A DNA stretch of 64,000 bases, taken from sequence record SRR2962707_2693; one strand, 5' to 3'. The notes below the pieces were generated by a model, which was not told the DNA's origin, did no database searches, and was given only the letters and a program-made list of their open reading frames with translations. Numbering within the stretch: the stretch's first letter is position 1; every line of letters starts with the position of its first letter. Below are positions 28,501 through 38,582 of this stretch, one piece after another. A program made the position numbers and the translations under genes.

Positions 28501-29295
28501 ATGACTCAATCGGATGCTCTTCATCCTCTGCCGGCCAAGGCCAAGCCCTGGAACCGCTGGCGGGTGAGTGATGATCACGCGGACCTGAGCCGCGCGGGTC
28601 ATCGTGTCCGTCCGCTGACCATAGCGGCGCGGCCCAAGAACCTTACTCTGGATGTGTCCCGGACCGCGTTGCTGGTGGTGGACATGCAGAACGATTTTTG
28701 TAGCGCCGGTGGATGGCTGGATCACATCGGCGTGGACTACCGGCCGGCGCGGGCGCCGATCGAGCCATTGCGAGCGGCGCTGCCTTGTTTCCGGCGCGCG
28801 GGCATGCCGGTGGTCTGGGTTAACTGGGGAAACCGCCCTGACCTCGGCAACATAAGCCCGGCTTTATTGCACGTTTACAACGGCTCCGGTAGCGGCGTCG
28901 GGCTGGGCGATTCGGTTCCGGCCACCGGCGCCGCGGTGTTGCAATCCGGAAGCTGGGGTGCTGCCGTCGTCGATGAACTGGCCGTGGACCAGGCCGACAT
29001 TCAGGTGGCCAAGTTCCGCATGAGCGGATTCTGGGATACGCCTCTTGACTCAATCCTGCGCAACCTCGGCATCAATACCTGTCTGTTTGCCGGCGTCAAC
29101 GCTGACCAATGTGTATTGCACACCCTGGCGGACGCCAACTTTCTCGGTTATGACACGCTTTTCCTGGAAGACTGCTGCGCCACTACCTCGCCGGCGTTCT
29201 GTTGGGACGCCACCTTGTACAACGCGCGGCAGATATTTGGATTTACCGCCCTGGCCAGCGACGTCTGCCGGGCTTTGGAGGAAACACAACCATGA
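28501..29295 (+). CDS. Cysteine hydrolase (isochorismatase family)
   Basis: VVDMQNDF (Asp), KFRMSGF (Lys), GVNADQCV (Cys) triad. Confidence 0.9.
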   Translation: MTQSDALHPLPAKAKPWNRWRVSDDHADLSRAGHRVRPLTIAARPKNLTLDVSRTALLVVDMQNDFCSAGGWLDHIGVDYRPARAPIEPLRAALPCFRRAGMPVVWVNWGNRPDLGNISPALLHVYNGSGSGVGLGDSVPATGAAVLQSGSWGAAVVDELAVDQADIQVAKFRMSGFWDTPLDSILRNLGINTCLFAGVNADQCVLHTLADANFLGYDTLFLEDCCATTSPAFCWDATLYNARQIFGFTALASDVCRALEETQP

Positions 29296-29717
29296 TGCCG
29301 CTGTTCAAGCATCCCGAGCAGTTTGAAGCCTTTCGTATCAAGGAAGGGGAGAGCAACCGGCTGGTGGTGATCTGTGATGGGCCTGGCGACGATCTGGGCT
29401 TCATTGCCTGCGTGGAAATTTTTGACGAGGGCGGCACCACACCTCCAAACACCCATAAGGCAGCGGACGAATTCTTTTTCGTCCTGGAAGGTGAAGGGCG
29501 CGCCCGTTGCGATGACCAATGGGTGACATTGAAAAAAGGGGACGCTCTGGTGGTGCGCGCCGGCTCCGAGCATGTGGTGGAAAATACCGGCAAGGGCCGT
29601 TTTTATACGCTCACTGTGATGGTGCCGGACGAGCGGTTTTCCACACTGATTCGCTCAGGTGTCCCCGACGTGCTCGATGACGACGACATGCGTGTGCTCA
29701 AGGGGACGCCATCATGA
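29292..29717 (+). CDS. Cupin domain protein
   Basis: TPPNTH..ADEFFFVLEGEG and GD...H cupin motifs. Confidence 0.88.
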   Translation: MMPLFKHPEQFEAFRIKEGESNRLVVICDGPGDDLGFIACVEIFDEGGTTPPNTHKAADEFFFVLEGEGRARCDDQWVTLKKGDALVVRAGSEHVVENTGKGRFYTLTVMVPDERFSTLIRSGVPDVLDDDDMRVLKGTPS

Positions 29718-31342
29718 CCGCCGTGCTGCCCACGGTGATGAGTATGCGCACCCGTGACGGGGTTCGCCTGGACGCGGATGTCTACAGCCCGAATGGACCG
29801 GGCCCGTTCCCTGTGTTGCTAATGCGCCAACCGTACGGCCGCCGCATCGCCTCCACGGTGACCTATGCCCACCCGAGTTGGTACGCCGCCCGAGGCTATC
29901 TGGTGGTGATTCAGGACGTGCGTGGCAGGGGCACATCCGAAGGGGAGTTCGAGCCGTTCATCCACGAGCGGGACGATGGCGAGGACACCCTGGAATGGGT
30001 ATCGCAACTACCCGGTGGTAATGGGCGCGTGGGCATGTACGGGTTTTCCTACCAGGGCGCCACCCAACTGTTCGCCGCCGCCAGCCGGCACCCGGCATTG
30101 AAAGTGGTGGCGCCGGCCATGTGTGCTTTTCATCTGGACCGGGACTGGGCCTATGAAGGCGGCGCCTTGCGACTGTACAACACCCTGAGCTGGGCGGCGC
30201 AACTGGGTGCCGAGAGCGCACGGCGGCGGGGTGATGCCGACGGCCTCAGCGCCTGTTATGGCATCGGGCATGCTCCTTCCCCGGTACAACTGGTCGATCC
30301 GGCGGCACCGGCCTTGCGTGAAACGCTTGCCGATACGTTCTACGGCGACTGGTTGGACCAACCACCAGGCAGTGATTATTGGCGGCGACGCTCTCCGGGC
30401 ACCATGCTCGACGGTGTCGATATCCCGGCTTTGCATGTGGGGGGCTGGTACGACAGCTTCCTCACCGGCACCCTCGCCGCCTATCGGCATTTCCAGAAAG
30501 GCCGACAGCCGCAGCGGCTGCTGGTGGGCCCTTGGGGGCATCTGCCCTGGATTCCCCAGGTGGGGCAGCGTTGGTTGGGCGACAGCGCCTGCTCCCCAGT
30601 GGACGATCTGCAATTGCGCTGGTTCGACTTTTTCCTCAAAGGCGAGAACAACGGCGTGACGGCGGAGCCGCCGGTTTCCCTGTATGACCTGGGCGAGAGC
30701 GATTGGAAGGCGTTTCCGGCCTGGCCACGGCGGCAAGCGGGAAAATGGTATCTGGCCAGCAACGGCCGGGCGGGTATTGATCCTCACGGCGGCTTGCTGC
30801 GCGACAGGTCCGGTGAGGGGGAACCGGCGGAAGACGTTTGGGTGCATGATCCCTGGCGACCGGTGCCGACACACGGGGGGCACTTGCCGCCGTCTCCGGG
30901 CATTCAGGACCGTACCGCGCTGGATGCCCGCCCGGATGTGCTTACCTACACCACTACTGCCCTGGCCGCGCCTCTGGCTCTGGCTGGCGAAGTGCGCGTG
31001 GCGCTGTCGTGCGCCGCCGATGTGGACTGCTTTGATCTGTGCGCGGTGCTGGGCGTGGTGGATCCGGAAGGGCGTAGCCACAACCTGACCCAGGGCTACG
31101 CGCGCGTTGCTGGCGGGGTGGTGACCGTATCCATGCGTGCGGTATGCGCCACCATCGCCACCGGCCAGTGTTTGCGCCTGAGCATCAGTGGCGCCTGTTA
31201 TCCCGGTTATGCGCTCAATGACGGCTCTGGTCGGGTTCAGGGAGATATCCGTTGCAGTGATTATCCGATCATGACTTTGCGGCTCGATGTCGGCGAAAGC
31301 TGGCTGGAGCTGCCCGTGGTATCCGCCACGGACAATGACTGA
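29714..31342 (+). CDS. CocE/NonD family serine hydrolase
   Basis: RDGVRLDADVY, QDVRGRGTSEG, GFSYQG, GGWYD, GPWGH motifs. Confidence 0.92.
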   Translation: MTAVLPTVMSMRTRDGVRLDADVYSPNGPGPFPVLLMRQPYGRRIASTVTYAHPSWYAARGYLVVIQDVRGRGTSEGEFEPFIHERDDGEDTLEWVSQLPGGNGRVGMYGFSYQGATQLFAAASRHPALKVVAPAMCAFHLDRDWAYEGGALRLYNTLSWAAQLGAESARRRGDADGLSACYGIGHAPSPVQLVDPAAPALRETLADTFYGDWLDQPPGSDYWRRRSPGTMLDGVDIPALHVGGWYDSFLTGTLAAYRHFQKGRQPQRLLVGPWGHLPWIPQVGQRWLGDSACSPVDDLQLRWFDFFLKGENNGVTAEPPVSLYDLGESDWKAFPAWPRRQAGKWYLASNGRAGIDPHGGLLRDRSGEGEPAEDVWVHDPWRPVPTHGGHLPPSPGIQDRTALDARPDVLTYTTTALAAPLALAGEVRVALSCAADVDCFDLCAVLGVVDPEGRSHNLTQGYARVAGGVVTVSMRAVCATIATGQCLRLSISGACYPGYALNDGSGRVQGDIRCSDYPIMTLRLDVGESWLELPVVSATDND

Positions 31343-31361
31343 CGAATCCGGAGGGAAACTC

Positions 31362-32234
31362 ATGGTGAAACAACTCAAGGCGATTCGTGATGAGGTGGTG
31401 GTGTCAATGACGGCATCGACGAAGACGGACGATCAGGCGCGGGCGTTTGGTGGCCGCCCGGTGGTGGAGGTCGCTGGCGTGGACAAGGTCTACGGCAACG
31501 GCACCGTGGCACTGAAGGAAGTGAATCTGACCGTCGGGGAAGGGGAATTCGTCAGCCTGCTGGGACCCAGTGGTTGCGGTAAATCCACTTTGTTGCGGGT
31601 GATGGCGGGTCTCGGCGAGGCCTCATCCGGCACGGTGAAGTGGTGGGAACAGGATTATCAGGTGGTGGGCCAGAAGGGGCGTAAGCTGGCGTTTGTATTC
31701 CAGAACGCCACGCTGATGCCATGGGCGCGGGTGCGCAAGAATGTACGCCTGCCGCTGGATCTGGCCCATGAACATGGCGAGGCCTCGGAAGCCCGCATCG
31801 ATCAAGCGCTGGAAATGGTGGGGTTGAGCAAGTTCGGCAACGCTTACCCGAGGGAGCTGTCCGGGGGGATGCAGATGCGGGCTTCCATCGCCCGCGCCAT
31901 GGTCACGGAGCCGAACCTGCTGCTGATGGATGAGCCGTTCGGTGCTCTCGATGAGATGACCCGCAACCGGCTCAACGATGATGTTCTGCGTCTGTGGAAA
32001 GAGAAAGGCTGGACCGTGGTGTTCGTGACGCACAGCGTTTACGAGGCGGTGTATCTCTCCAACCGGGTGGTGGTAATGGCGGCGCGTCCGGGCCGGGTGG
32101 TGGAGGACGTCAGGATCGACGCGCCCTATCCCCGTGGCGCCGAGTTCCGCGTGTCCACCGAGTTCGCCAATTACTGCCGGCGGGTGTCCCTGGCGTTGGA
32201 AAAGGCCAGCGCTCAAGGTGAGGAGGACCACTGA
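31362..32234 (+). CDS. ABC transporter ATP-binding protein, NitT/TauT family
   Basis: [31 protein letters not shown]; start uncertain. Confidence 0.93.
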   Translation: MVKQLKAIRDEVVVSMTASTKTDDQARAFGGRPVVEVAGVDKVYGNGTVALKEVNLTVGEGEFVSLLGPSGCGKSTLLRVMAGLGEASSGTVKWWEQDYQVVGQKGRKLAFVFQNATLMPWARVRKNVRLPLDLAHEHGEASEARIDQALEMVGLSKFGNAYPRELSGGMQMRASIARAMVTEPNLLLMDEPFGALDEMTRNRLNDDVLRLWKEKGWTVVFVTHSVYEAVYLSNRVVVMAARPGRVVEDVRIDAPYPRGAEFRVSTEFANYCRRVSLALEKASAQGEEDH

Positions 32235-33037
32235 TGAAACAGCCTCTATTGCAGAATGAACGGTTCGTTCAGATCGCCGCGCCTTTATTCGTGGGTGTGG
32301 TGTTCCTGTGTTTCTGGGAGCTGGCGGTGCGTGCCGCCGAGTTGCCGGTGTACATCCTGCCCGGACCGGTGGCCATCGCCAAATCCTTCGTCACGGACTG
32401 GGCAGTGTTGTTCCACAGTCTGATGATGACGTTGAAGGTGACGTTGCTGGCATTCGTTATCGCCGTGGTGCTAGGCACCGCCGCTTCCCTGCTGTTCGTG
32501 CAGAGCCGCTGGATCGAGGTGAGTCTGTTCCCCTATGCGGTGCTGATGCAGGTGACACCGATCGTCGCCATCGCGCCGCTGATCATTATCTGGGTCAAGG
32601 ACACCACTTGGGCACTCACCGTGTGCGCGGTGATCATCGCGATCTTTCCGATCATTTCCAATACCACGCTGGGGCTGCGCAGCGTGGATCCCAATCTGAT
32701 GAGTATGTTTCGCATGTATCGGACCGGACGCTGGCAGCAGCTGATCCGACTGCGCATACCCAGCGCCCTGCCGTACTTTTTTGGCGGCATGCGTATCAGT
32801 ACCGGTCTGGCGCTGATCGGCGCGGTGGTGGCGGAGTTCGTGGCCGGCACCGGCGGCAGCCAGGCCGGGCTTGCCTATTTGATTCTGCAGGCCGGCTACA
32901 ACCTGAATATTCCTCGCATGTTCGCCGCTCTGGGCCTGATCACCGTCACCGGCATTCTGTTGTTCGCGCTGATGGTGTGGCTGTCCGACCGGGTGCTGCG
33001 CAACTGGCATGAAAGCGCTCTCAAGGTAGAGCAATGA
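32234..33037 (+). CDS. ABC transporter permease, NitT/TauT family
   Basis: ILPGP, QVTPIVAIAP, LRIPSALPY, GAVVAEF motifs. Confidence 0.92.
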   Translation: MKQPLLQNERFVQIAAPLFVGVVFLCFWELAVRAAELPVYILPGPVAIAKSFVTDWAVLFHSLMMTLKVTLLAFVIAVVLGTAASLLFVQSRWIEVSLFPYAVLMQVTPIVAIAPLIIIWVKDTTWALTVCAVIIAIFPIISNTTLGLRSVDPNLMSMFRMYRTGRWQQLIRLRIPSALPYFFGGMRISTGLALIGAVVAEFVAGTGGSQAGLAYLILQAGYNLNIPRMFAALGLITVTGILLFALMVWLSDRVLRNWHESALKVEQ

Positions 33038-33060
33038 CCGATTCCATAGGGAGCCATGCA

Positions 33061-34413
33061 ATGGACCAAAACACGATGCAGCGGCTGGCGGCGGATCTGG
33101 GTGATCTGGAACTGATCACCGACAGTACCGCCTTGCAGCGCTACTCAAAAGACTTCTCCTGGTTCAGTCCGGTTCTGACCGAGGCGTTGGAGGGCAAACG
33201 GGCGGACGCGATTGTGCGCCCCACCAGTGAGGAGCAAGTGCGCCGGGTGGCTGCTGCCTGCTATCGCCACCGGGTGCCGCTGACACTGCGTGGCAGCGGT
33301 ACCGGCAACTACGGTCAGTGCACGCCGTTACGTGGCGGTGTGCTGATGGACATGAGCGGACTGAACAAAGTGCTGTGGATCGCCGATGGCGTGGCGCGGG
33401 TCCAGGCCGGCGCCCGGCTGGTGGATATCGACAACGCGGCCAGGGAAAAAGGCTGGGAGTTGCGTTTACTGCCATCCACCTATCGGTTGGCCACTGCCGG
33501 TGGTTTCTTTTGCGGCGGCTTTGGCGGTATCGGCTCGATCACCTACGGTTCCATCGGCGACCCCGGGAATGTTCTGGGGGTGCGGGCCATGAGCCTGGCC
33601 GAGCAACCGGAAGTCAGCGAATTCCGCTCCGCCGAGGCCCGCGACCTGTACCACGCCTATGGCGTCAACGGGGTGATCACCGAGCTGGAGTTCGCGCTGA
33701 CACCGGCGATGAACTGGCAGGAGGCCGTGCTCAGCTTTCCCTCCTTCATGGAGGGCGTGCGTTTTTGCCAGACACTGGGGCGGGCCACCGGCGTCATTAA
33801 AAAGCTGTTGACCCTGCTGGCGGATCCGCTGCCGCAAATGTGCGGTCTGGGCAAGGACGTGGGTGAAGGGCGCACCGCCGTATTGTGTCTGGTGAACCGC
33901 GCCGCCATGGAGGCGGTGGAGGAAATCGCCGCGAACTTCAACGGCCGCATCGAGCGTCAGCAAGATAACGCCGAGGTCTACGGCACCGCCAAAAGTCTGG
34001 TGGAGCACACCTGGAATCACACCACGCTGCACATCCTGCGCAAGCACAAGGATATCACTTACCTGCAGAGTGGCTTCCGGCCTTGGGAAAACGTGGAAAA
34101 GGTGGAGCAGATGTACCGGCACTTCGGTAACGAAGTGATGATGCATCTGGAATTCCTCAAGGCGGATGGCGCGGTCACTTGTAGTGGCTTGCAGGTGATC
34201 CGCTATACCTCCGAGGAGCGCCTTAACGAGATCATTCAGTATCACCGGGATAACGGTGTCCATGTCAGCAACCCGCACACTTATATTCTTGAGGATGGTG
34301 GCAAGCTCAGCGTGGATCCTGGACAGCTGGCAATGAAACAGCGGCTGGATCCGGCCGGGCTGCTGAACCCTGGCAAGATGCGCAGCTGGGATGAAAAAGG
34401 AGCGGCGGCATGA
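33061..34413 (+). CDS. FAD-binding oxidoreductase (FAD_binding_4/GlcD-like fold)
   Basis: RGSGTGNYG, ATAGG, C-terminal DPAGLLNPGKM. Confidence 0.9.
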   Translation: MDQNTMQRLAADLGDLELITDSTALQRYSKDFSWFSPVLTEALEGKRADAIVRPTSEEQVRRVAAACYRHRVPLTLRGSGTGNYGQCTPLRGGVLMDMSGLNKVLWIADGVARVQAGARLVDIDNAAREKGWELRLLPSTYRLATAGGFFCGGFGGIGSITYGSIGDPGNVLGVRAMSLAEQPEVSEFRSAEARDLYHAYGVNGVITELEFALTPAMNWQEAVLSFPSFMEGVRFCQTLGRATGVIKKLLTLLADPLPQMCGLGKDVGEGRTAVLCLVNRAAMEAVEEIAANFNGRIERQQDNAEVYGTAKSLVEHTWNHTTLHILRKHKDITYLQSGFRPWENVEKVEQMYRHFGNEVMMHLEFLKADGAVTCSGLQVIRYTSEERLNEIIQYHRDNGVHVSNPHTYILEDGGKLSVDPGQLAMKQRLDPAGLLNPGKMRSWDEKGAAA

Positions 34414-35228
34414 GTCAACTGAACGGCTGCGTGCCACCCCACCGTTTTTTGCCTTACCTGACCGCGCCGGAGATCGAGGCGTTGCCGGACAAGGCCAACA
34501 CCGTGATCGTATTGCCGATTGGCGCCATCGAGCAGCATGGTCCGCATCTGCCCATTTGCACTGACACCGCCATTGCCACCGAGGTAAGCGGCAAGGCGCT
34601 GGCGGCGTTGCCGGAGTCGGTGCCGGCGTTCGCGTTACCGCCGGTATGGTGCGGTAAATCCAACGAGCACATTCAATTCTCTGGAACGGTGATTCTCAAG
34701 GCCGACACCTTGCTGCGGGTACTTTGGGATATCGGCGAGAGTGTGTACCGCATGGGGTTCCGCAAGCTGGTTCTGGTCAACGGACACGGCGGTCAGCCTC
34801 AGGTGGTGGAAATAGTGGCCCGTGATCTGCGCGCTGAGTATCCGGATTTCTGTTTGTTTCCCGTATTCACCTGGGGGGTGCCGAATCGAGCCGGGGAGTT
34901 TCTTTCCGAGCGTGAAAAAGCCGAAGGCATTCACGCCGGCCGCGCGGAAACCAGTTTGATGCTGGCGTTGACGCCGGATCATGTGCATCTGGACCGGGCG
35001 GTGGGGGAGTATCCCTGTCCGCATCATCATGGCCTGCTCACTCCGGAAGGGCGTTTCCGTTTCGCCTGGTTGACCCACGATCTCAGTGCCAGCGGCGTGG
35101 TCGGGGACCCGGAGGGTTCCAGTCGTGAAGAGGGGGAGACGGTCCTGGCCTCTCTGGTGGAAGGCTGGGTTGCCGCGCTGGAGGAGATTCACCGATTCCG
35201 CATGCCTGTACCGGGCTCGAACGATTAA
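34410..35228 (+). CDS. Creatininase family amidohydrolase
   Basis: PIGAIEQHGPHLP.CTD, NGHGG, HAGRAETS motifs. Confidence 0.93.
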   Translation: MSQLNGCVPPHRFLPYLTAPEIEALPDKANTVIVLPIGAIEQHGPHLPICTDTAIATEVSGKALAALPESVPAFALPPVWCGKSNEHIQFSGTVILKADTLLRVLWDIGESVYRMGFRKLVLVNGHGGQPQVVEIVARDLRAEYPDFCLFPVFTWGVPNRAGEFLSEREKAEGIHAGRAETSLMLALTPDHVHLDRAVGEYPCPHHHGLLTPEGRFRFAWLTHDLSASGVVGDPEGSSREEGETVLASLVEGWVAALEEIHRFRMPVPGSND

Positions 35229-35242
35229 ATGAGGGTAATAGC

Positions 35243-36271
35243 ATGTCGACGCTGAAGCGACGGACCCTGAAACAGCCGATATTGAAACGACGATGGTGGC
35301 TCGATGGTGCTCTGGCACTGGCGGGCTGGTGCCTGTCGGTGACGGCGCTGGCGGAGGAGTTGACCCCGGTGACGGTTTCCACCACCTGGTATGCCCAGGC
35401 TGAGCACGGTGGTCTCTACGCCGCCAAGGCCATGGGGTTGTACCAAAAGCACGGCCTGGATGTGACCATAAAAATGGGCGGCCCGCAGGTCAACAATGTG
35501 CAACTGCTGGTCGGAGGCGCCACCGATTTCAGCATGGGCTACAGTCTGCAATCCTTCAATGCGGTGAAGCAGGGACTGCCGCTGGTGACGGTGGCCGCGT
35601 TTTTCCAGAAGGATCCGCAATCCCTGATGGTGCATGAAGGGCAGGGTTACCACACTATCGCCGATCTGAAAGGCGCGGGGCTCCGCATTCCCACGGCCGG
35701 CCGGGTGGCGTACTGGCCCTGGCTCAAGGCCAAATACGGTTTTACCGATGATCAACTGCAGCCCTACGACTACACCATCGGGCCCTTCATTACGGATCCG
35801 AAGGTCGCGCAGCAGGGCTACATCACCAACGACGGCTACTTTCTGCGGAAAGAAAACGTGGCGGCAAAAAGTTTGTTGCTGGCGGACGCCGGTTGGGAGG
35901 CCTACTCGGCGACACTCGACACCACCCGCGAGATGATCGAGAAGCACCCTGAGGTGGTTCAGGCGATGGTGGCGGCCACCGCGGAAGGCTGGAAAGCCTA
36001 CTTTGAGGATCCGCGGCCGGCGAACAGCTTGATCAAGGCGGATAACCCGCAGATGGAGGACGCGTTGATCGCTTACAGCATCGATAAAATGCAAAGCGAG
36101 GGGATCCTGCTGTCCGGTGATGCCAAGGGCGGCCGGTACGGCATCATGAGCGACCGGCGCTGGCGGGAGTTTTATCGGCAGATGGTCGATGCCGGCACTT
36201 TGCCGGATGACCTGGACTATCAAAAAGCCTATGACCTGCGTTTCGTGCAGGCGCTTTATCCGGAGGATTGA
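35243..36271 (+). CDS. ABC substrate-binding protein, NMT1/THI5-like (paralog 3)
   Basis: WYAQAEHGGLYAA, GGPQVN; colinear with paralogs 1 and 2. Confidence 0.9.
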   Translation: MSTLKRRTLKQPILKRRWWLDGALALAGWCLSVTALAEELTPVTVSTTWYAQAEHGGLYAAKAMGLYQKHGLDVTIKMGGPQVNNVQLLVGGATDFSMGYSLQSFNAVKQGLPLVTVAAFFQKDPQSLMVHEGQGYHTIADLKGAGLRIPTAGRVAYWPWLKAKYGFTDDQLQPYDYTIGPFITDPKVAQQGYITNDGYFLRKENVAAKSLLLADAGWEAYSATLDTTREMIEKHPEVVQAMVAATAEGWKAYFEDPRPANSLIKADNPQMEDALIAYSIDKMQSEGILLSGDAKGGRYGIMSDRRWREFYRQMVDAGTLPDDLDYQKAYDLRFVQALYPED

Positions 36272-36984
36272 TTCTCCGGAGGGCTGACCGGGGTGGTCTC
36301 CGTAGCGCCGCGGGTCTCAAGATAATCCTGTGAAGTACGGTGGGCGTGCAAAACGTGATCCCGGATCAACTGCGCGGCCCGCTCACTTTCGCCGCGCACG
36401 ATGGCCATGACGATGTCACTGTGCTCGGTGAAGGACGCGGCCAGACGTTCCCCCACTCTGAATTGCGCGCGGCGGTAAGCCAGCACCCGGGAACGGGCGG
36501 CCATGGCGGTTTCATATAAGTAGCTGTTATGGCAGCCGCGAAACAGCTTCTCATGGAAGCTCAGGTTGGCCGCGTCGTAGGCGTCCACGTCGCCGTCGGC
36601 CACATGGGTATGGCTGTCCAGGTGGCTGGCGAGCAGGTCCTCCCGTTCCGCGCGGGTCATATTGAGCGCCGCCATGCGCGCGCAGGCCGCTTCCATTTCC
36701 GCCGCGTATTCGAACATTTCGCTGAGCCGCTGCTCCGGCACTTCGATGACGAACACGCCGCGCCGGTGCTGGTGTTCGACCAGCCCGGCGGAGGCCATTT
36801 CCCGCAAGGCCTCGCGTACCGGAGTACGTGAAACGTTGAAGCGGCGGGCCAGGGCAATCTCGTCTAGACGCGTGCCCGGCGGCAGCAGGCCGCCGAGAAT
36901 CTCATCGGACAGGGCGCGCCGGACCTGCTCCGCCAGCGGACGGTCATCCTCGCCGGCGGCACTGAGCACAGTCTGTTGTGTCAT
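36256..36984 (-). CDS. GntR/FadR family regulator (FCD domain)
   Basis: LPPGTRLDEIALARRFNVSRTPVREAL; N..FH and EH FCD residues. Confidence 0.93.
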   Translation of the reverse strand: MTQQTVLSAAGEDDRPLAEQVRRALSDEILGGLLPPGTRLDEIALARRFNVSRTPVREALREMASAGLVEHQHRRGVFVIEVPEQRLSEMFEYAAEMEAACARMAALNMTRAEREDLLASHLDSHTHVADGDVDAYDAANLSFHEKLFRGCHNSYLYETAMAARSRVLAYRRAQFRVGERLAASFTEHSDIVMAIVRGESERAAQLIRDHVLHAHRTSQDYLETRGATETTPVSPPENQSSG

Positions 36985-36989
36985 GACGC

Positions 36990-37373
36990 TTACTCCTCCA
37001 TGAACGACACATGGGCGGCCACTACCCGCCATCCCTCCGGACGGCGGGCCCAGACCTGACTCTGGCGACCGATGCGCGGGTTCCCCGGGCGGCGGAACTC
37101 GGTCCAGGCGGTGGCCAGATCGTTGCCATGGGCGGTGATCACGGTGTTATGTAACTGGCGTTGCAATCCCGAGGACGGCCGCTGCGCGCGGAAGGCGGCA
37201 ATTTGCCGGTAGCCGTAGAGATTCTCGCCGGCACCGTAGCGCACCACACGTTCGTCGTTCCAGAACAATTCGTCCAGCACGGTCACATCATTTTCGACCA
37301 GCGCTTTCTCGTAGCGCAGGAACGCGGCTTTGACTTCCGCCACCACGTCCGGTCGGTCCAATTCCAGGGCCAT
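36990..37373 (-). CDS. AtzH/HpxZ-like (DUF3225) protein
   Basis: FLRYEKAL..ND...LDELFW, RYGAGENLYG, GRQSQVW, VVAAHVS motifs. Confidence 0.88.
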   Translation of the reverse strand: MALELDRPDVVAEVKAAFLRYEKALVENDVTVLDELFWNDERVVRYGAGENLYGYRQIAAFRAQRPSSGLQRQLHNTVITAHGNDLATAWTEFRRPGNPRIGRQSQVWARRPEGWRVVAAHVSFMEE

Positions 37374-37412
37374 TATTAGTACTCCACATTATTACTCTTC
37401 AGGGCCGGCGCG

Positions 37413-38582
37413 TCAGGTGCTGATGAATTCGGGCAGGCGGGTCGCCAGATCCAGCAGCTGTTGATCGCTGCCCGCCGGGCCGATCAATGACAGACCCACC
37501 GGGCCTTCACGGTCACGCAACAGCGGCAAGCTCAATTGCGGCAGCCCGGTGGTGCCGGCCAGGGCCGTCATCCGCAAGGTGCGGCCGCGGATGTCTTCCA
37601 CCCTGGCCTCGTCGGCTTGCAAAGGCAGGGCCGAGGTCGGCGTGGTGGGCAGGCAAAGCAGGGTGTCCTCACCGAGCAGGGCGCGGATCCTGGTCCGCAA
37701 AGCCTGGCATTGTTCACGGGCGTCCTCGGCCTCGGCGGTGGTGATGCGGGACGCCGCTTCGAAGCGCTCCTTCACGCCGGGGCCGAATACCGGTTGCTCG
37801 GCTTCGATCCAGGAGCCGAAGCGGGCCCAGGCTTCGTAAGCTTGCAGTGGCCGGAACGCGTTGAAGTAGGTGTCCAGGTTGCCAACACTGATGCTGCCGC
37901 CAAAGGTCACGCCGGGCAGGCCGTTGCCGACCCGCGCTTCCAGTTGCGATACGACGTCGGCATCGGATTGCGCCAGTGCCTCCTCCACCAGCAGTAAACG
38001 GCGCGGCGCGGGCCGGTCGCTGGCGGGCAGCAGAATCCGGCCAATGCGGGCCATGAGCCGGGCGTCCCGGGCGAACCAGCCAAGGGTATCGAAACTCTCC
38101 GCCAGATGGGCGCAGTGACGGTAGTCCACCACGCCATGGGTGGGACGCAGGCCATGGATGCCGCAGTAGCTGGCGGGCACCCGCACCGAACCGCCGGTGT
38201 CGCTGCCCAGCGCGAAGTCCACCAGCGCGGCGGCCACCACCGAGGCGGAGCCGCTGGAGGAGCCGCCCGGCACCGCGCCCGGCACCGCCGGATTGGGTGG
38301 GGTGCCATAGTGCGCGTTCTGGCCCGCCAGGCTGTAAGTCAGCTCGTCGGTGTGGGTCTTGCCGATCAGTTCCGCGCCCGCCGCCAGCAGGGTTTCGATC
38401 ATCGGAGAGGTGTGTCGCGCTGGCGGCTGGCTGGCGCGCCAGCTCGGCTGGCCGACGCCGGTAACGGTGCCGGCTATGTCGAACACGTCCTTGACGGCGA
38501 AAGTCAGGCCTTGCAGCGGGCCCTCTCCGGTGGCGTCGAGGTGCACCGGGTCGAAATCGAGAAAGCCGTTTTCCAGTATCAC
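37413..38582 (-). CDS. Amidase-signature family amidase
   Basis: FAVKD, PGGSSSGS, LGSDTGGSVRVPA triad motifs; GTG start with GGAGG RBS. Confidence 0.92.
   Translation of the reverse strand: MILENGFLDFDPVHLDATGEGPLQGLTFAVKDVFDIAGTVTGVGQPSWRASQPPARHTSPMIETLLAAGAELIGKTHTDELTYSLAGQNAHYGTPPNPAVPGAVPGGSSSGSASVVAAALVDFALGSDTGGSVRVPASYCGIHGLRPTHGVVDYRHCAHLAESFDTLGWFARDARLMARIGRILLPASDRPAPRRLLLVEEALAQSDADVVSQLEARVGNGLPGVTFGGSISVGNLDTYFNAFRPLQAYEAWARFGSWIEAEQPVFGPGVKERFEAASRITTAEAEDAREQCQALRTRIRALLGEDTLLCLPTTPTSALPLQADEARVEDIRGRTLRMTALAGTTGLPQLSLPLLRDREGPVGLSLIGPAGSDQQLLDLATRLPEFIST

Noticed and set aside
27304-28725. 473-aa minus-strand ORF
   Set aside because: Antisense shadow of the porin and cysteine hydrolase genes; no motifs; expected in GC-rich DNA.
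30008-31378. 456-aa minus-strand ORF
   Set aside because: Antisense shadow of the CocE/NonD gene.
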